From Cyanophora paradoxa CCMP329 (Eukaryota > Plantae > Glaucophyta), in the NCBI GenBank assembly GCA_004431415.1, contig QPMI01000179.1, positions 124,001 through 188,000 on the forward strand: a DNA stretch of 64,000 bases. The letters are read 5' to 3'. The position numbers were made by a program, and so were the translations under genes. Below, piece by piece: positions 36,091-47,758 of this stretch. Numbering within the stretch: the first letter of the stretch is position 1; every line of letters begins with the position of its first letter. Below the pieces are notes generated by a model that worked only from the letters and a program-made list of their open reading frames with translations, was not told where the DNA came from and did not search any database.

Positions 36091-36920
36091 ATGGCTGCTG
36101 AAAAATCAAAGTTCTTGCTGTCGCTGCGATCAATTCCTGCTGAGGAACGCTTTTCTGGAAGTGGAACTTCTTCCATTGATTACAGTGATTTTCTTATGAA
36201 AGTAAAAATGGACTTCGAATTCATGAATCTCCAGTTCACAGAGCGGGAAAAAGTGCAGATAATCACGTACCACACTTCTGGAATGGCCAATAAACATGTT
36301 ATGCAAAAGTTATCGGGTGCTCCCGTTGTCGTGCCCAACGGGTTTTCTGCTGAGCTTTTAGAGGAGTACGAGTGAAATTTGACCTATCGGAACATGAGTA
36401 TAAGCGTCGGCTGGACGCGCTCAGCCCAAAGCTTCCAAATTCGAACGAAATTTGTCTTAAAACATTTTTGAATGAGGCTATTCCATTGGTTGAGAAGGCT
36501 TTCCCAAATGCGTCTGATAAGGCTAAGGTAACTGAATTGGCAGCACGCTTATCCAAAATTCCCGGCTTTGAAGAAAAAATTCAAATGCTTATTGTTACTG
36601 GCGGAATTCAAACGCTTTCGGATTTCGCTAAGGCCCGTGAGAAATTGGATCACGTTGCTGAGATCGAAGACAAAGCAATGAAGCTCAAGGCTCCAGTACC
36701 TGAAATTGGTGTGGCAAAAAGTAGTTCTACTTCTTCGACATCATCTGCGATTGCCACCTCTGGAACTGCTAATGTTGATATTAAAATTGATGGATCGCAA
36801 AATTCTGGAAATATGGACAAGAAATGTCCTGTTTGCAACATTCCGTATGCCCTTGGCCCGCATCCGTATCCAAATGTTTGCCGAGCCCGCCAAGAGGGCT
36901 ATGGTAGTGTGGGAGTGTGC
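36091..36920 (+). CDS. gag: gag of family B (frame break near 36370), CCHC-like knuckle
   Basis: ERFSGS..IDY..FL; CPVC-x8-H-x5-C; position after the PBS. Confidence 0.8.
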
Positions 36921-39900
36921 CGCAACGGACGCCCCCTTCTGGATTTCGTGGTGGGATGCAACAGCGCCCTGGAAGTTATCGACCCCCTATTCAGTACCAA
37001 GGTGCTCCCCGACGTGTGAATGTTGTGGAGTCTGAAGCAGATAATGTACCTGATCTGAACAATTCAACTACTGATGCGTACACCAAACGCACAAAGCGGA
37101 TTTATGTGGCCCAGGAAATGCTAAGATTAAAGCCAGAAATAGAAATAAAGGCAGGGACTGTGCCGCTGGTGGTTCAAGGGGTACCAACACGTGCACTGTT
37201 GGATACTGGAGCCGATGTGTCGTTAACTAGCACTAAACTGATTAAAAGGGTGCAAATGCCGCCTAATATCAGGAAACCTTCAGTGCCTTTGAAGGGTTTC
37301 ACTCAGAACATTGTTCAGCCATTAGGTCAAGCAAATGTCACAGTAGAACTTGGCTCTTTGAAAACCAGTGAACCAGTGATTGTAATGGATAAGTTATCTC
37401 ATGAAGTTATCCTTGGTGGTGATTATATGATTAAGAATAACGTGGATATTTCGCATTCAAAAGGTGTAGTCTATTCAGACAACAAACCAGATTTATTTGT
37501 TCCGATTGCATTGGAAAAGAACAAACACAAGCTTATGGTTGCAAAAACAGTTGACATTCCAGCACAAAATGGTGTTCGAGTGACTCTTCAAGGAAATGTT
37601 GACAACAAAGAAGGGCTTCTTCATTTTGAGCGAACTGAAGTTCTCCCAGGGATCTTTGCAATTTCTGGACTCCAGTCAATGGAGAACAATACCACTTGGG
37701 CAGTAATGTATAATACAAATGATGAGTTGTTTCGACTGGAATGTGGGAAAGAAATTGGAGAGTGGCATGATTTGGACAGTTATAATATTGAACAGGTAGA
37801 AATTTGCAATGTAAATTTGCATCAGCATTCAAATCCAGTCAAATCTACAATTGACGAAGCGTTTAATAAATCTTTCTTTGATCAGATCAAGAGGGAAATT
37901 GACTATGGCGAAACTGATGCATCACCTGAACAACTCGCCTGCATGGAAGAAATGCTTCGTAATAATTGTGATTTATTTGTTGAAAAATTCAAGTTTGACC
38001 CAGCGCACTGCTTGCCTGGTGAACACAGCATTGAAACTGGTAATGCAGCTCCAATAAATGCTCGACCTATGCAGCATTCACCAAAGGACCGCGAGCTGTT
38101 CAAGAAAACTATTGACGACTTGCTTCAGCGAAACATTGCAGAACCAAGCGAGTCTCCATGGGCAGCTCCAGCATTCTTTGTTAGCAAACATGGAACTGAT
38201 GAAAAGAGGCTTGTTACAGACTATAGACGGCTCAATGCTGTCACTAAGCGGGATGTTTATCCGCTGCCTAAAATACAGGATATGCTGGATGCGCTGCAAG
38301 GCAATGAATATTTTTCTAACATGGACTTTGCTTCCGGTTTCTGGCAAGTTAAAATGAGGACTGAGGACAAAGAAAAGACGGCCTTCAAAACTCCATTTGG
38401 CCTTTTTCAAATGAATGTTATGGCAATGGGGTTGACAAATGCCCCACCTACATTCCAACGTATTATGGAGCAAATGTTCAATGATTACTTGTGGATTTCT
38501 GTCCTGATTTTTGTAGATGATCTAATCACTTTTTCGAAGTCATTTGATGATCATTGCAGGGACCTGCAGCTAGTGTTCAACAGGCTCCGCAAAAACAATG
38601 CGAAATTGAAGCCTTCAAAGTGTCATTTCTTCAAGAAACAACTGAAATTTCTTGGACACATAGTTTGCAAGGAGGGAAGGAGACCAGATCCAGAGAAACT
38701 AAAGGCCATCAAGAAGTTTCCAGTTCCAACAAATGCAACTGCTCTTCGTTCCTTCCTTGGCACTTGCAATTATTACCGGGACAATGTACAAGACTTTTCT
38801 AAAACAACATCGATTTTGTATGACCTAACTCAAAAGGACGTCATCTGGAGGTGGACTCTCGATCATCAATCAGCATTTAATAAAATTAAAGATGATTTGC
38901 TTCAGGAAACCATGCTTCACTATCCCGACTTCAACAAACCATTTGTTATCGAAACTGATGCAAGTGATAAGGGCATTGGTGGAATTCTCTCGCAAGAACA
39001 ACATGGAGTGCTAAAGCCCGTTTATTTTTACAGTAGGAAATGGAAGAATTTTGAGCGCAATATGCCGGCCTCAGAGGCTGAGTGTGCTGCTGTGGTGGAT
39101 TGCTTGAGTAAATGGGATATCTATCTCAAGGGAGCTCCTAGATCTATTTTGTACACTGATTGCAAAGCTCTTGAATGGCTCTTAACGTTGAAACCGGAGA
39201 AGGGCAAGTTGGCTCGCTGGGCTGCCCTCATCCAGCAGTATAATTTGGAGATTAAGTATCGAAAGGGAATCTTGAATCGCGCAGATGGACCTTCCAGGTA
39301 CCCTGTGGACTCTACACTGAAAATGGAGGAGGAGAACGCAATTAAGATTCTGAACTTGGAAGTTATGTCAAATGAGGACACGTTTTCACTTTTATTTGAG
39401 TCACAACGCTCAGATAAGCACTTACGAAGCATAATTAACATATTAGAAGGACATCCAAGCAGCGATGAAGCAATCAACCGGAAGGCAAAACTTTTCCGGC
39501 TGAACAAGGATGGTATCCTGGTTTTTGCGGCATCCAACCTGAACCCACGAGTAGTTATTCCCTCTTCCATGTCATTGGATCTCATTCGAGACGCTCATGA
39601 TAATCCCTTGTCTGGTCACTTCGGCGTTGACAAGGTGCTCGCGCAACTCCGCAAAAATTACTTTTGGGAGAGCATGCAAGAAGATGTCAAAAAGTATATT
39701 GCACAATGTCAGAAATGTCAGTTTCGGAAACCTTTAACTGGTCGTTCGCAAGCACCTCAGCTGACAGTTCCGGCATCAAGACCCTTCGAAGTTGTTGAAC
39801 TTGATTTTATCGGTCCTCTTCCGACTACATCTCGTGGAAATCGTTTTATCTGCACTGCAATCTGCGTTTACACAGGTTACGCTGAGGCCGAGGCGACTCC

Positions 39901-40606
39901 TTCCATGTCTGCTAAGTCCGCGTGCAACATGATCTACAATCACATTATATGTCGCCATGGCTCTCCGCGGATGATCTATACGGACCAAGGCGGAGCATTT
40001 GCAAGCAAGGTGACGAAGCTTCTGTTGTCAAAACTCGGCATCAAGTCAGTTCTCAGCACTGGTTATCGGCCTATGGCTACAGGAAAAATCGAACGGCTGA
40101 ATCAGACGCTCAAGAACATCATCTACAATTATATTAACGAGGACCACGACAACTGGGATAAATATTTGGCTCCGGCGTTGTTTGCAGTTCGGACGCACGT
40201 AAACGCAACCACCGGAACATCGCCGTTCTTTTTGACGTACGGTCGTGACCCGGTGATGCCATACGACACCTATGTTCCAACTGCGGAATCGCGACCTCCC
40301 GATTACGTGACACAAATGATTTCCGATTTGAACGCTGCGATGGCGAAGGTGGATACAATTAGGCTCAAAAAGGATTCAAAAATTGCGGAGGCAGCGGCCA
40401 AAAACGACTGGACAGAATTTTGCATCGACGACATGGTCCTTCTACGCGACCCATCCTCATCTGGTTTTGAGCCTCGATTTACAGGGCCATATGCGGTGCT
40501 CAAGCGTACCTCAGCGGTCAACTACCTGCTCTGGGACCCGGAACGCCCAAAGTTTCCCTTCGTAGCGCACGTCGATCGAATGCGGCCCTACGTAGCTCAG
40601 ATCTAG
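36917..40606 (+). CDS. pol: Intact pol polyprotein (protease, RT, RNase H, integrase), 1229 codons
   Basis: ALLDTGAD; FVDD; ETDAS..AEC..TDC; H-x6-H..CQKC; ELDFIGP, TDQG, IERLN; FTGPY; no chromodomain. Confidence 0.98.
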   Translation: MPQRTPPSGFRGGMQQRPGSYRPPIQYQGAPRRVNVVESEADNVPDLNNSTTDAYTKRTKRIYVAQEMLRLKPEIEIKAGTVPLVVQGVPTRALLDTGADVSLTSTKLIKRVQMPPNIRKPSVPLKGFTQNIVQPLGQANVTVELGSLKTSEPVIVMDKLSHEVILGGDYMIKNNVDISHSKGVVYSDNKPDLFVPIALEKNKHKLMVAKTVDIPAQNGVRVTLQGNVDNKEGLLHFERTEVLPGIFAISGLQSMENNTTWAVMYNTNDELFRLECGKEIGEWHDLDSYNIEQVEICNVNLHQHSNPVKSTIDEAFNKSFFDQIKREIDYGETDASPEQLACMEEMLRNNCDLFVEKFKFDPAHCLPGEHSIETGNAAPINARPMQHSPKDRELFKKTIDDLLQRNIAEPSESPWAAPAFFVSKHGTDEKRLVTDYRRLNAVTKRDVYPLPKIQDMLDALQGNEYFSNMDFASGFWQVKMRTEDKEKTAFKTPFGLFQMNVMAMGLTNAPPTFQRIMEQMFNDYLWISVLIFVDDLITFSKSFDDHCRDLQLVFNRLRKNNAKLKPSKCHFFKKQLKFLGHIVCKEGRRPDPEKLKAIKKFPVPTNATALRSFLGTCNYYRDNVQDFSKTTSILYDLTQKDVIWRWTLDHQSAFNKIKDDLLQETMLHYPDFNKPFVIETDASDKGIGGILSQEQHGVLKPVYFYSRKWKNFERNMPASEAECAAVVDCLSKWDIYLKGAPRSILYTDCKALEWLLTLKPEKGKLARWAALIQQYNLEIKYRKGILNRADGPSRYPVDSTLKMEEENAIKILNLEVMSNEDTFSLLFESQRSDKHLRSIINILEGHPSSDEAINRKAKLFRLNKDGILVFAASNLNPRVVIPSSMSLDLIRDAHDNPLSGHFGVDKVLAQLRKNYFWESMQEDVKKYIAQCQKCQFRKPLTGRSQAPQLTVPASRPFEVVELDFIGPLPTTSRGNRFICTAICVYTGYAEAEATPSMSAKSACNMIYNHIICRHGSPRMIYTDQGGAFASKVTKLLLSKLGIKSVLSTGYRPMATGKIERLNQTLKNIIYNYINEDHDNWDKYLAPALFAVRTHVNATTGTSPFFLTYGRDPVMPYDTYVPTAESRPPDYVTQMISDLNAAMAKVDTIRLKKDSKIAEAAAKNDWTEFCIDDMVLLRDPSSSGFEPRFTGPYAVLKRTSAVNYLLWDPERPKFPFVAHVDRMRPYVAQI

Positions 40607-40745
40607 CGGAGAGGGGGTGATAGCCCCCCCCCCCCTGATGACTCTTGTCCCTTGGGTCTTGATAGTGTCTTGTCTTTTCGTCTTGTTTTTGTCTAAAAGA
40701 ACTATTTCAACTCTTCAAATTACCACTGTAAGCTCTTCGCTTACA

Positions 40746-41107
40746 TCTCCGTCAGTAAAAAGGTCGGGATCTTGCAGGCATCATGATCAATTCTCATGAT
40801 CATCATGAACACTGCATGCATGGGTGCTGAGATGCTCAGTGCGAGCCATATTGAAACCTAGGGCCCATATCTCATACACCCCTGAGCATGCTGTTGGGGG
40901 TTCTCAAGGGCGCTGGATTTGATTGTGAATCCGGTTGAAGGCAGTTGCGAGTCTGTGCTGCCATGCAAATCGGCACAAATGAAGTGTTGGCAATTGGGGC
41001 CTGCTATTGCTTGGCAAGGCAAGAACACCTTTTCGGCGCTTTCCGCAATCAAAATCAAATCTAGTGCCCGTGATATAGGCCAGGTACACCTCTCCGTCAG
41101 TAAAAAG
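40746..41107 (+). repeat. ~346-bp satellite continuation
   Basis: Resumes exactly at the interrupted position of the monomer. Confidence 0.96.
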
Positions 41108-44100
41108 AGGAGCTGGAGACCGACCAGTTAATGGTTTGCGGAATTGGCACTTCTGGCACTGCTCCACATATCTCTTGACGTCTTCAGGCATTGTTCTCCA
41201 ATAGTATTTCTTGCGAAGATCACCCAGAACCTTGTCAACTCCAAGGTGACCAGATAGAGGGTTGTCATGCGCCTCACGGATCAAATCCAGCGACATAGAG
41301 GAAGGAATGACCACACGCATCATCCTGTGCGAAGGTGCAAAAAGGAGGATGCCATTCTTATCCAGCTTATAGAAATTAGAGATGTTGTTGACTTGATCAT
41401 CAGTACTGGGATGGCCTTCCAACACGTTGATAATAGCCTTGCAGAAATTGTCAGAACGTTGAGCCTCAAACAGAACGGAAAATTTGTCATCATGCATTAG
41501 AATTTCCAAGCTCAAGATGTCTTTAAAGTCGTCCACATGTTCAACAGGGTACCTAGAAGGTCCATCTGCTCGATTTACAATTCCCTTTCTGTATTTGATG
41601 TCCAAATCGTACTGTTGAATAAGTGTTGCCCAACGTGCCAACTTTCTCTTGTCAGGCTTCAAGTTGAGAAGCCATTCGAGAGCTTTGCAATCCGTATACA
41701 ATGTAGATTTTGGAGCTCCTTTGAAATAATGGTCCCACTTGTGAAGACAATCCACCACCGCTGCACATTCAGCTTCAGTAGCAGGCATATTCTTTTCGGA
41801 ATTTTTCCATTTTCTGCTGTAGAAATAAACTGGTTTGAGTACTCCATCATGCTCTTGCGATAGTATTCCGCCAATGCCTTTATCACTAGCATCCGTTTCT
41901 AAAACGAAGGCTTTATTAAAATCTGGATAATGCAACATAGTTGCCGCTAACAAATCATTTTTGACTTTATCAAAAGCTGATTGGTGATCTGAAGTCCAAT
42001 GCCAACTGACATCCTTTTGAGTGAGATCATAAAGAATGGATGTGGTTTTTGAAAAATCCTTCACATTATCCCTGTAATAGTTGCATATTCCAAGAAAAGA
42101 ACGCATACTGGAAGCATTTGTTGGCAGAGGAAACTCTTTGATGGCCCTGATCTTTTCAGGGTCGGGTCTTCTGCCATCCTTGCAGACAATATGTCCCAAA
42201 AATTTGAGTTCCTTCTTGAAGAAATGACATTTAGAGGGTTTTAATTTAGCATTGTTCTTTCTTTGCCGGTTGAACACAAGTTGCAAATCTCGACAATGAG
42301 CGTCGAACGACTTTGAGAAGGTAATCAAATCATCCACAAAAATCAGAACTGAAATCCACAAATAGTCATTAAACATTCCTTCCATTATGCGCTGGAAGGT
42401 AGGAGGGGCATTGGTCAAGCCCATTGCCATAACATTCATCTGAAAAAGAAGAAGAAGAAGAAGAGTATGTATAAGACACGCCCAAGCCGGTTGTGCGGAA
42501 AAACATCTGAAAAAGACCAAAAGGAGTCTTGAAGGCTGTTTTCTCCTTATCTTCCGGCTTCATTTTGACCTGCCAGAAGCCTGATGCAAAATCCATGTTG
42601 GAAAAATACTCGTTGCCTTGCAGAGCATCAAGCATATCTTGAATTTTTGGAAGTGGGTAAACATCCCTTTTGGTGACAGCATTCAACTGACAATAATCTG
42701 TAACGAGACGTTTCTCATCTGTGCCGTGCTTGGAAACAAAGAATGCAGGTGCAGCCCGAGGAGATTCACTGGGCTCTGCAATGTTCCTGCGAATGAGATC
42801 TTCCAGAGTGATTTTAAACAATTCACGGTCCTTAGGAGAGTAATTCATGTGTCGTGCATTGATAGGGTGAGCATTGCCAATATCAATTGCATGATGTCCA
42901 GGCAAACACTTCAAAGGGTCAAATATAAACTTGTCTACAAACAGATCACAATTATTCTTCAATAGGGACTCCATCATCTGCCTCTGCTCCTTCGAATCAC
43001 CAGAATGTCCAAAATCCAAGTCCTTCTTTATTTTCTCAAAATAGGATTTATCAAAGCTGGGATCGATAGTTGAAACTTCGTTTTTGTAAAACTTGTCCTT
43101 GGGCCAAACTTCCAGCTGCATCACATCAAACTCAACCAGGGACTGCCAATTGCCAACTTCCATCCTTGCTGGTAAAACAGCATCCTTGTCCCTCATGTTG
43201 TAAATAACTGCCCAACAACAACCATTATCCATTGTCTGGATTCCGGAAACTGCAAAGATTCCAGGCTCTAATTCTAAGCTGTCAAATTGAACAATCCCAT
43301 CACCATCAGGGGCATTGGAGGAAAGAACAACTTTAACTCCACATTCAGCAGGTATAGACACATCTTTGTTTAGTTTAAGGCGAGTATTCGTGCCCAACTC
43401 TATTGGAACTTGCAAATTCTTGTCGATTTTTGATGTCACACACCCCTCAGAAAAGGACACATCAACTTGGTTCTTGATCAGATAGTCTCTTCCCAAAATA
43501 ACATCATGGGCAAGCTTATCCACTACAACTACAGGTTCCGTCGTTTTCAAAGATCCAAGCTCCACGGTTACTTGCATTTTACCAACTGCTTCTACAACAT
43601 TGTTGTTGAATCCTTTAAGTTTGGGCACAGTGGCATCAGAGAGCAGTGCTGGTTTCTCTGAGGCTTGATTTAACAAACTCGTTGTAGCTAGCGAGACATC
43701 AGCTCCAGAATCCAGCAGTGCTTTAGTCCTCACACCTTGGATGGAGATTGGAACTGTGCCTTCCCTTGGGCGAAGTTGTATGAGCTGCTGCTTTGTGTAC
43801 ACTCTTTTTTTCCTAACCAAGTACCCAGAGTTGGTTTCATTAGACACATTTTCCTCAACATCTTCCTGGACATTATTTACCTGGCGGGCAGGACGCTGAT
43901 TTACAATCTGGGGGCGATAAGAACCTCTCTGCTGAAACCTGCCTCGATTGGGTCCAGAATAACCACGAGATCCATAATAAGGTGTCCGAGGTGGCGCCCC
44001 AGGTCTATTTTGACACTGATCCGGATCGTGCCAGGAGAACAAATCCAGAAACCGTCCACAATGTGGGCATCCAGGCCGTGACCCAGCAGATCCAGAAGGC

Positions 44101-44910
44101 ACATTTCCAATGTTAATTCCTACATTTCCAACATTTCCCAGCCGATTTGTTGCATTCGCAGCTGAAGTTGACATAGCATTTCCAACAGCTGACACTCCCA
44201 CCTGTTGCACATTTGATTGGCTAAACACCAACGGAACACTTTTCGCATTCTCTGCTTTCTCCCGACATTTAAGAAAATCATCGACGGTCTTAATATCACC
44301 ATTCCAGATGTAAAAACCAAAGTACGTGCACCCACGCTCAACCAAAATTCCATTAACTTTGGAAACTTTGTTGCTGTCGTCAGGAGCTTTGGAAACTTTG
44401 GAAACTTTTAACTTTGGAAACTTTGGGGCCATCGTCAACTTCCATTAACTTTGGAAACTTTGGGGCCAAGCCTTAGGAGCCGTCAGGGCAGCCCGAGCCA
44501 GGAAGACTCGCACATCGAATTCATTAGTGGGCGCATTTCGTGGATTGTAAGTCTCAAGTTCCTTGCGGTAATCAAATTCACTAAAATCAAACTGCGCCTT
44601 TATTTCGCGCAAAAGTGTCGCAATAAAATTCTTCGCGCCTTCGTCGGCCTCTTCTGGTTCAATTTCAACGATGGGATCCGTCCTGATGAGACGGTTTCCA
44701 GTCCTATGCCACAGTACAGCTTGGGATTTGGAATCGGACGCAATGATTGAGTTATTATTTCTTAAAAGATAGGATCGGTTTTTAACACCGATGCTACCAA
44801 CTGCAAGCGCAAGGGCTTATGCAGTGGTAGACTTTGTTTTTGTATTATAAGAACCCAAGATTAACAACCCCCTACACCTTAACAGCACTAGTAGTAGCGG
44901 GGGGCTATCA
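41108..44910 (-). mobile_element. Ty3/gypsy family C (relative of B), 3'-truncated in integrase; 109-bp 5' LTR 44910-44802; PBS 44799-44788
   Basis: Single-frame gag-pol 44438-42369 (ALLDSGAD) continuing in 42520-40904 (FVDD, RNase H, HHCC); LTR starts TGATAGCCCC like B; same PBS. Confidence 0.95.
42450..42503 (-). mobile_element. 54-bp 5'-truncated (TTC)n-tailed retroposon insertion in RT, 13-bp TSD CATCTGAAAAAGA
   Basis: TSD at 42437-42449 and 42504-42516; empty site seen in the paralog at ~30718-30730. Confidence 0.92.
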
Positions 44911-45070
44911 CTGCAACACCCCAGGGCTCCCTGCCCACTGATTTGTATGGATGGGGACCCCTGTGAATTTTTGGGGGACAACAGGGGGAGCACTGACCCC
45001 AAACAAGAACCCCCAAAGCGGCACCCATTTGCATAATTCAAACCTGACAGAGTGCTCTGAAGCACCCCAG
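44911..45070 (-). repeat. ~147-bp satellite monomer (reverse)
   Basis: Consensus match. Confidence 0.92.
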
Positions 45071-45225
45071 TGCTAACATACATATTTTCCGCCATACAAT
45101 ACAAATCCTTAAGACTGTTCAGAGGCTGTGCTATGCACAAATGACATGCTGGTGAAAGGGGCCCACTATTGCCCGGCGAGGTACAAGCATGTTTTCAGTG
45201 CTTGCCACTATCAAAATCAAATCTA

Positions 45226-45500
45226 GATCCCTTGAAATACCCCAGGCGCCTCCACCCGGCCCGGCAAGCCGCGCCGCCCCCCGAGGAGGATGTAGTCGCC
45301 CTTCTTGACGCGGCTGAGCATCACGTAGAGCTGGTGCCGGTGGTTGTAGCTGGCGATCATGCCCTTCAGGTCGCCGATTGCGCGCAGGAGCGTGTGTCCC
45401 TGCGCCTTGTAGACCGTTGAGGGGAACGCAAGCCTGAAGGGCGGGCCCTTGCGCTCGTTGTTTGCGTGCACGGATGTCTGCTTCTTGAAGCTGTTCTCGT
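45226..45500 (-). pseudogene. PIF1-like/Helitron-type SF1 helicase C-terminal fragment
   Basis: FPSTVYKAQGHTL (motif V-like) and QLYVMLSRVK (motif VI). Confidence 0.7.
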
Positions 45501-45602
45501 CGAGATCTGGGGAAATATTTCAGCGTCTGAGGCAGGAGAGGTCCAAACGCAGTGGTCCAAACGCATCAGCGTGACCAGGTCGACGCTCCACAGGTCCGAA
45601 AG

Positions 45603-46007
45603 TGTCCCGTAGTACACTATGTGTTCACACGCTGATGTACCAGGACAAGTTCCTGGACACCACACTGTATTTCCACCCAACACACCAACTGAGGGGCAAG
45701 CCCCCATACATCAGACTAGGCTAGGGTACATCAGGGGGTACTATGACACACTGACTTAGGCGAACTATGCTTCAGCTCAACTCGCTCTGTAGTAAGAAAA
45801 GGCGACGTCCTCGCTCGCCAATAAGTAAAGAAAGAAACTACTCGTTCCAAGGCGCCATCCGGGAGGCATAAACCATAATGCGAGATTTCAATTTAGGCGC
45901 ATCGCCAGCCTTAGGTCCAGCATACTCCACAAGGAAAGTAACACCTTTTCCATGAGAAACTTCTTTCAATATAATCCAAGGTCCAAAGCAAACTATGCTT
46001 CAGCTCA
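45603..46007 (-). mobile_element. Internally deleted family A element (~20 nt of 5' LTR, integrase tail, full 3' LTR), 4-bp TSD AAAG
   Basis: AAAG at 45599-45602 and 46008-46011; LTR 45603-45779. Confidence 0.88.
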
Positions 46008-46827
46008 AAAGCTTTGTGTGGGAGGCAAACCGCTGGTCAGCTGCAGGATTCAGAACGGATCAGTCTGGAAGCGGCAACAGACACAATGGATCTGCACACG
46101 CTTCGCTCACATCACACCCACGCACTGTGGGAGTCGAAGCTTCGCGCGGGGGCACGCGAACGGCGGCCAATGCTGCAGCTGCGCATCCTGTCAACTTGGC
46201 TGTGGGGCGCCCCGAACTGTTCCTGCGCACCCACGTGAGCCACGATGTGGATAAAAAGCCCTTCTAGCGAGGGAAAGATGCACCGCGCGGCCCCGGGGCC
46301 TTCGCAGCTTTGCAGCGGAGAACTGCTGAGCGAGCGAGCTCGGCGCTCCGTCGAGACAGAATCAGGGCGGGAGCACGATGCCAGATGAACAGCGGGGTTG
46401 CTGGCCGCTGCATCCAGGCGAACTGGGAGTCTCCGGCGGGCAGCGAGCTGCGCAACCCGCCCGCCTCATGATCAGCCACGGGCGTCAAGCAAGCAGTTCC
46501 TGCACACTGCGGCACCTGGGTGGGCCGCAATCTGTGCAGAAGGTCTGCGAGCACAGGCCGGCGCCGGAGCGACGCTCTACGGCGGCTACCGCGACCCGCG
46601 TCGCATCGCAAGGCCTGCCGCGTCGTACAACTTTCCACAGTCGACGCTGCTCAGGCTTCCGACTCTTGAGCTACATGCTACTAGCATCCGCGGAGGCCGC
46701 ATGCACAGGCCCGACTGCTGCAAGGAGCCTGCCTGTGCCTGCCACCCTACGACGAGCCGCGCGGACACGTTCGAGCTAGCCGTGTGTAGCGCTAGCTATA
46801 GCTAGCCGCAGCATGGAGCCTTCAGCT

Positions 46828-47110
46828 CCGATCTCCCTGTCTCTGCGCAGGCCGCCGCGCTCGTCAGTCGAAGCGGCCGGCGGCTGCATCGAGTTGGCGT
46901 CCCCGTGAGCCTCCCGGCCTGCCCCCGCTCCCAACGCCCCCCACTGACTGGCGCCCTTTAGGCCTCCCGTCGTCCCTAGCCTCGTCAGCTTGCCCACCCG
47001 CCCCCCCCTCCCGCCCCCCGCTGATCTCCCTGTGTATGTGCAGGCTGCCGCGCTCGTCAGTCAAAGCGGGCGGCACCTGCATCGAGTCGTCGTCCCTGTG
47101 AGCCTCCTGG
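46828..47110 (+). repeat. Two diverged copies (193-bp period) of a candidate 54-nt exon with splice sites
   Basis: CAG|54 nt|GTGAGC at 46851-46904 and 47044-47097. Confidence 0.6.
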
Positions 47111-47142
47111 CGCATCCCCGCCCCCTGCACCCCCCGCTGACT

Positions 47143-47292
47143 GGGTTCTTGTTTGGGGTCAGTGCTCCCCCTGTTGCCCCGTCCGAATTTCACAGGCGTC
47201 CCCTCCGCACAAAGCAGTGGGTAGGAAGCCCTAGGGGGTTCAGAGCACTGTGTCCAGTTGGCATGAGGAGAATGGGTGTCGTTATTTCTAGT
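47143..47292 (+). repeat. ~147-bp satellite monomer (forward)
   Basis: Consensus match. Confidence 0.9.
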
Positions 47293-47758
47293 ACACAGTT
47301 GTAGGAATCAGCTTAATCGACTCAGCTGCTCAGCCTATGCGGCGTCGGCACGGCGGTGGCGTGCCGCGGGCGGCAGCTGCGGCGACTCAACAAGCACTTG
47401 TGCAAGGCCATCACGTGCGTGATTCCAAGTAGGGCTTACCGAGCTGCTCACTGAAGTGCAGGTCGTAGTGCTCAGCCGCAAGTGTTGTAAATTGATCCGA
47501 ATCAAACGGGTCTACCTGTGATCAGAGCAACGCCCTACTCTGCCGATGTCGTTTAAACGAGAGTGCGTATTGATAGCTTTGCCCTCTCGTAGCGTACGTG
47601 CGCTTGGCCTGAACGCCAGTCCGCCATAGGTTGAGCTCGAGCAGCTCCGAGTTGCCGAAGATGTCAAGGGGACCCCCCGCTGTGGCCGTGGCTACCGTCC
47701 ACGATGTCTCCTTCGCTGGACTGAGCTCCTTCGCTGGACTGAGCTCCCGTAGCCTCGG

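Larger units (their letters stand above)
35804..40745 (+). mobile_element. Complete Ty3/gypsy element, family B (4942 bp)
   Basis: Identical 128-bp LTRs 35804-35931 and 40618-40745 (TG..CA); TSD TCTC at 35800-35803 and 40746-40749; PBS TGGTAGCATCGG at 35934; PPT GGAGAGGGGG at 40608-40617. Confidence 0.98.
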
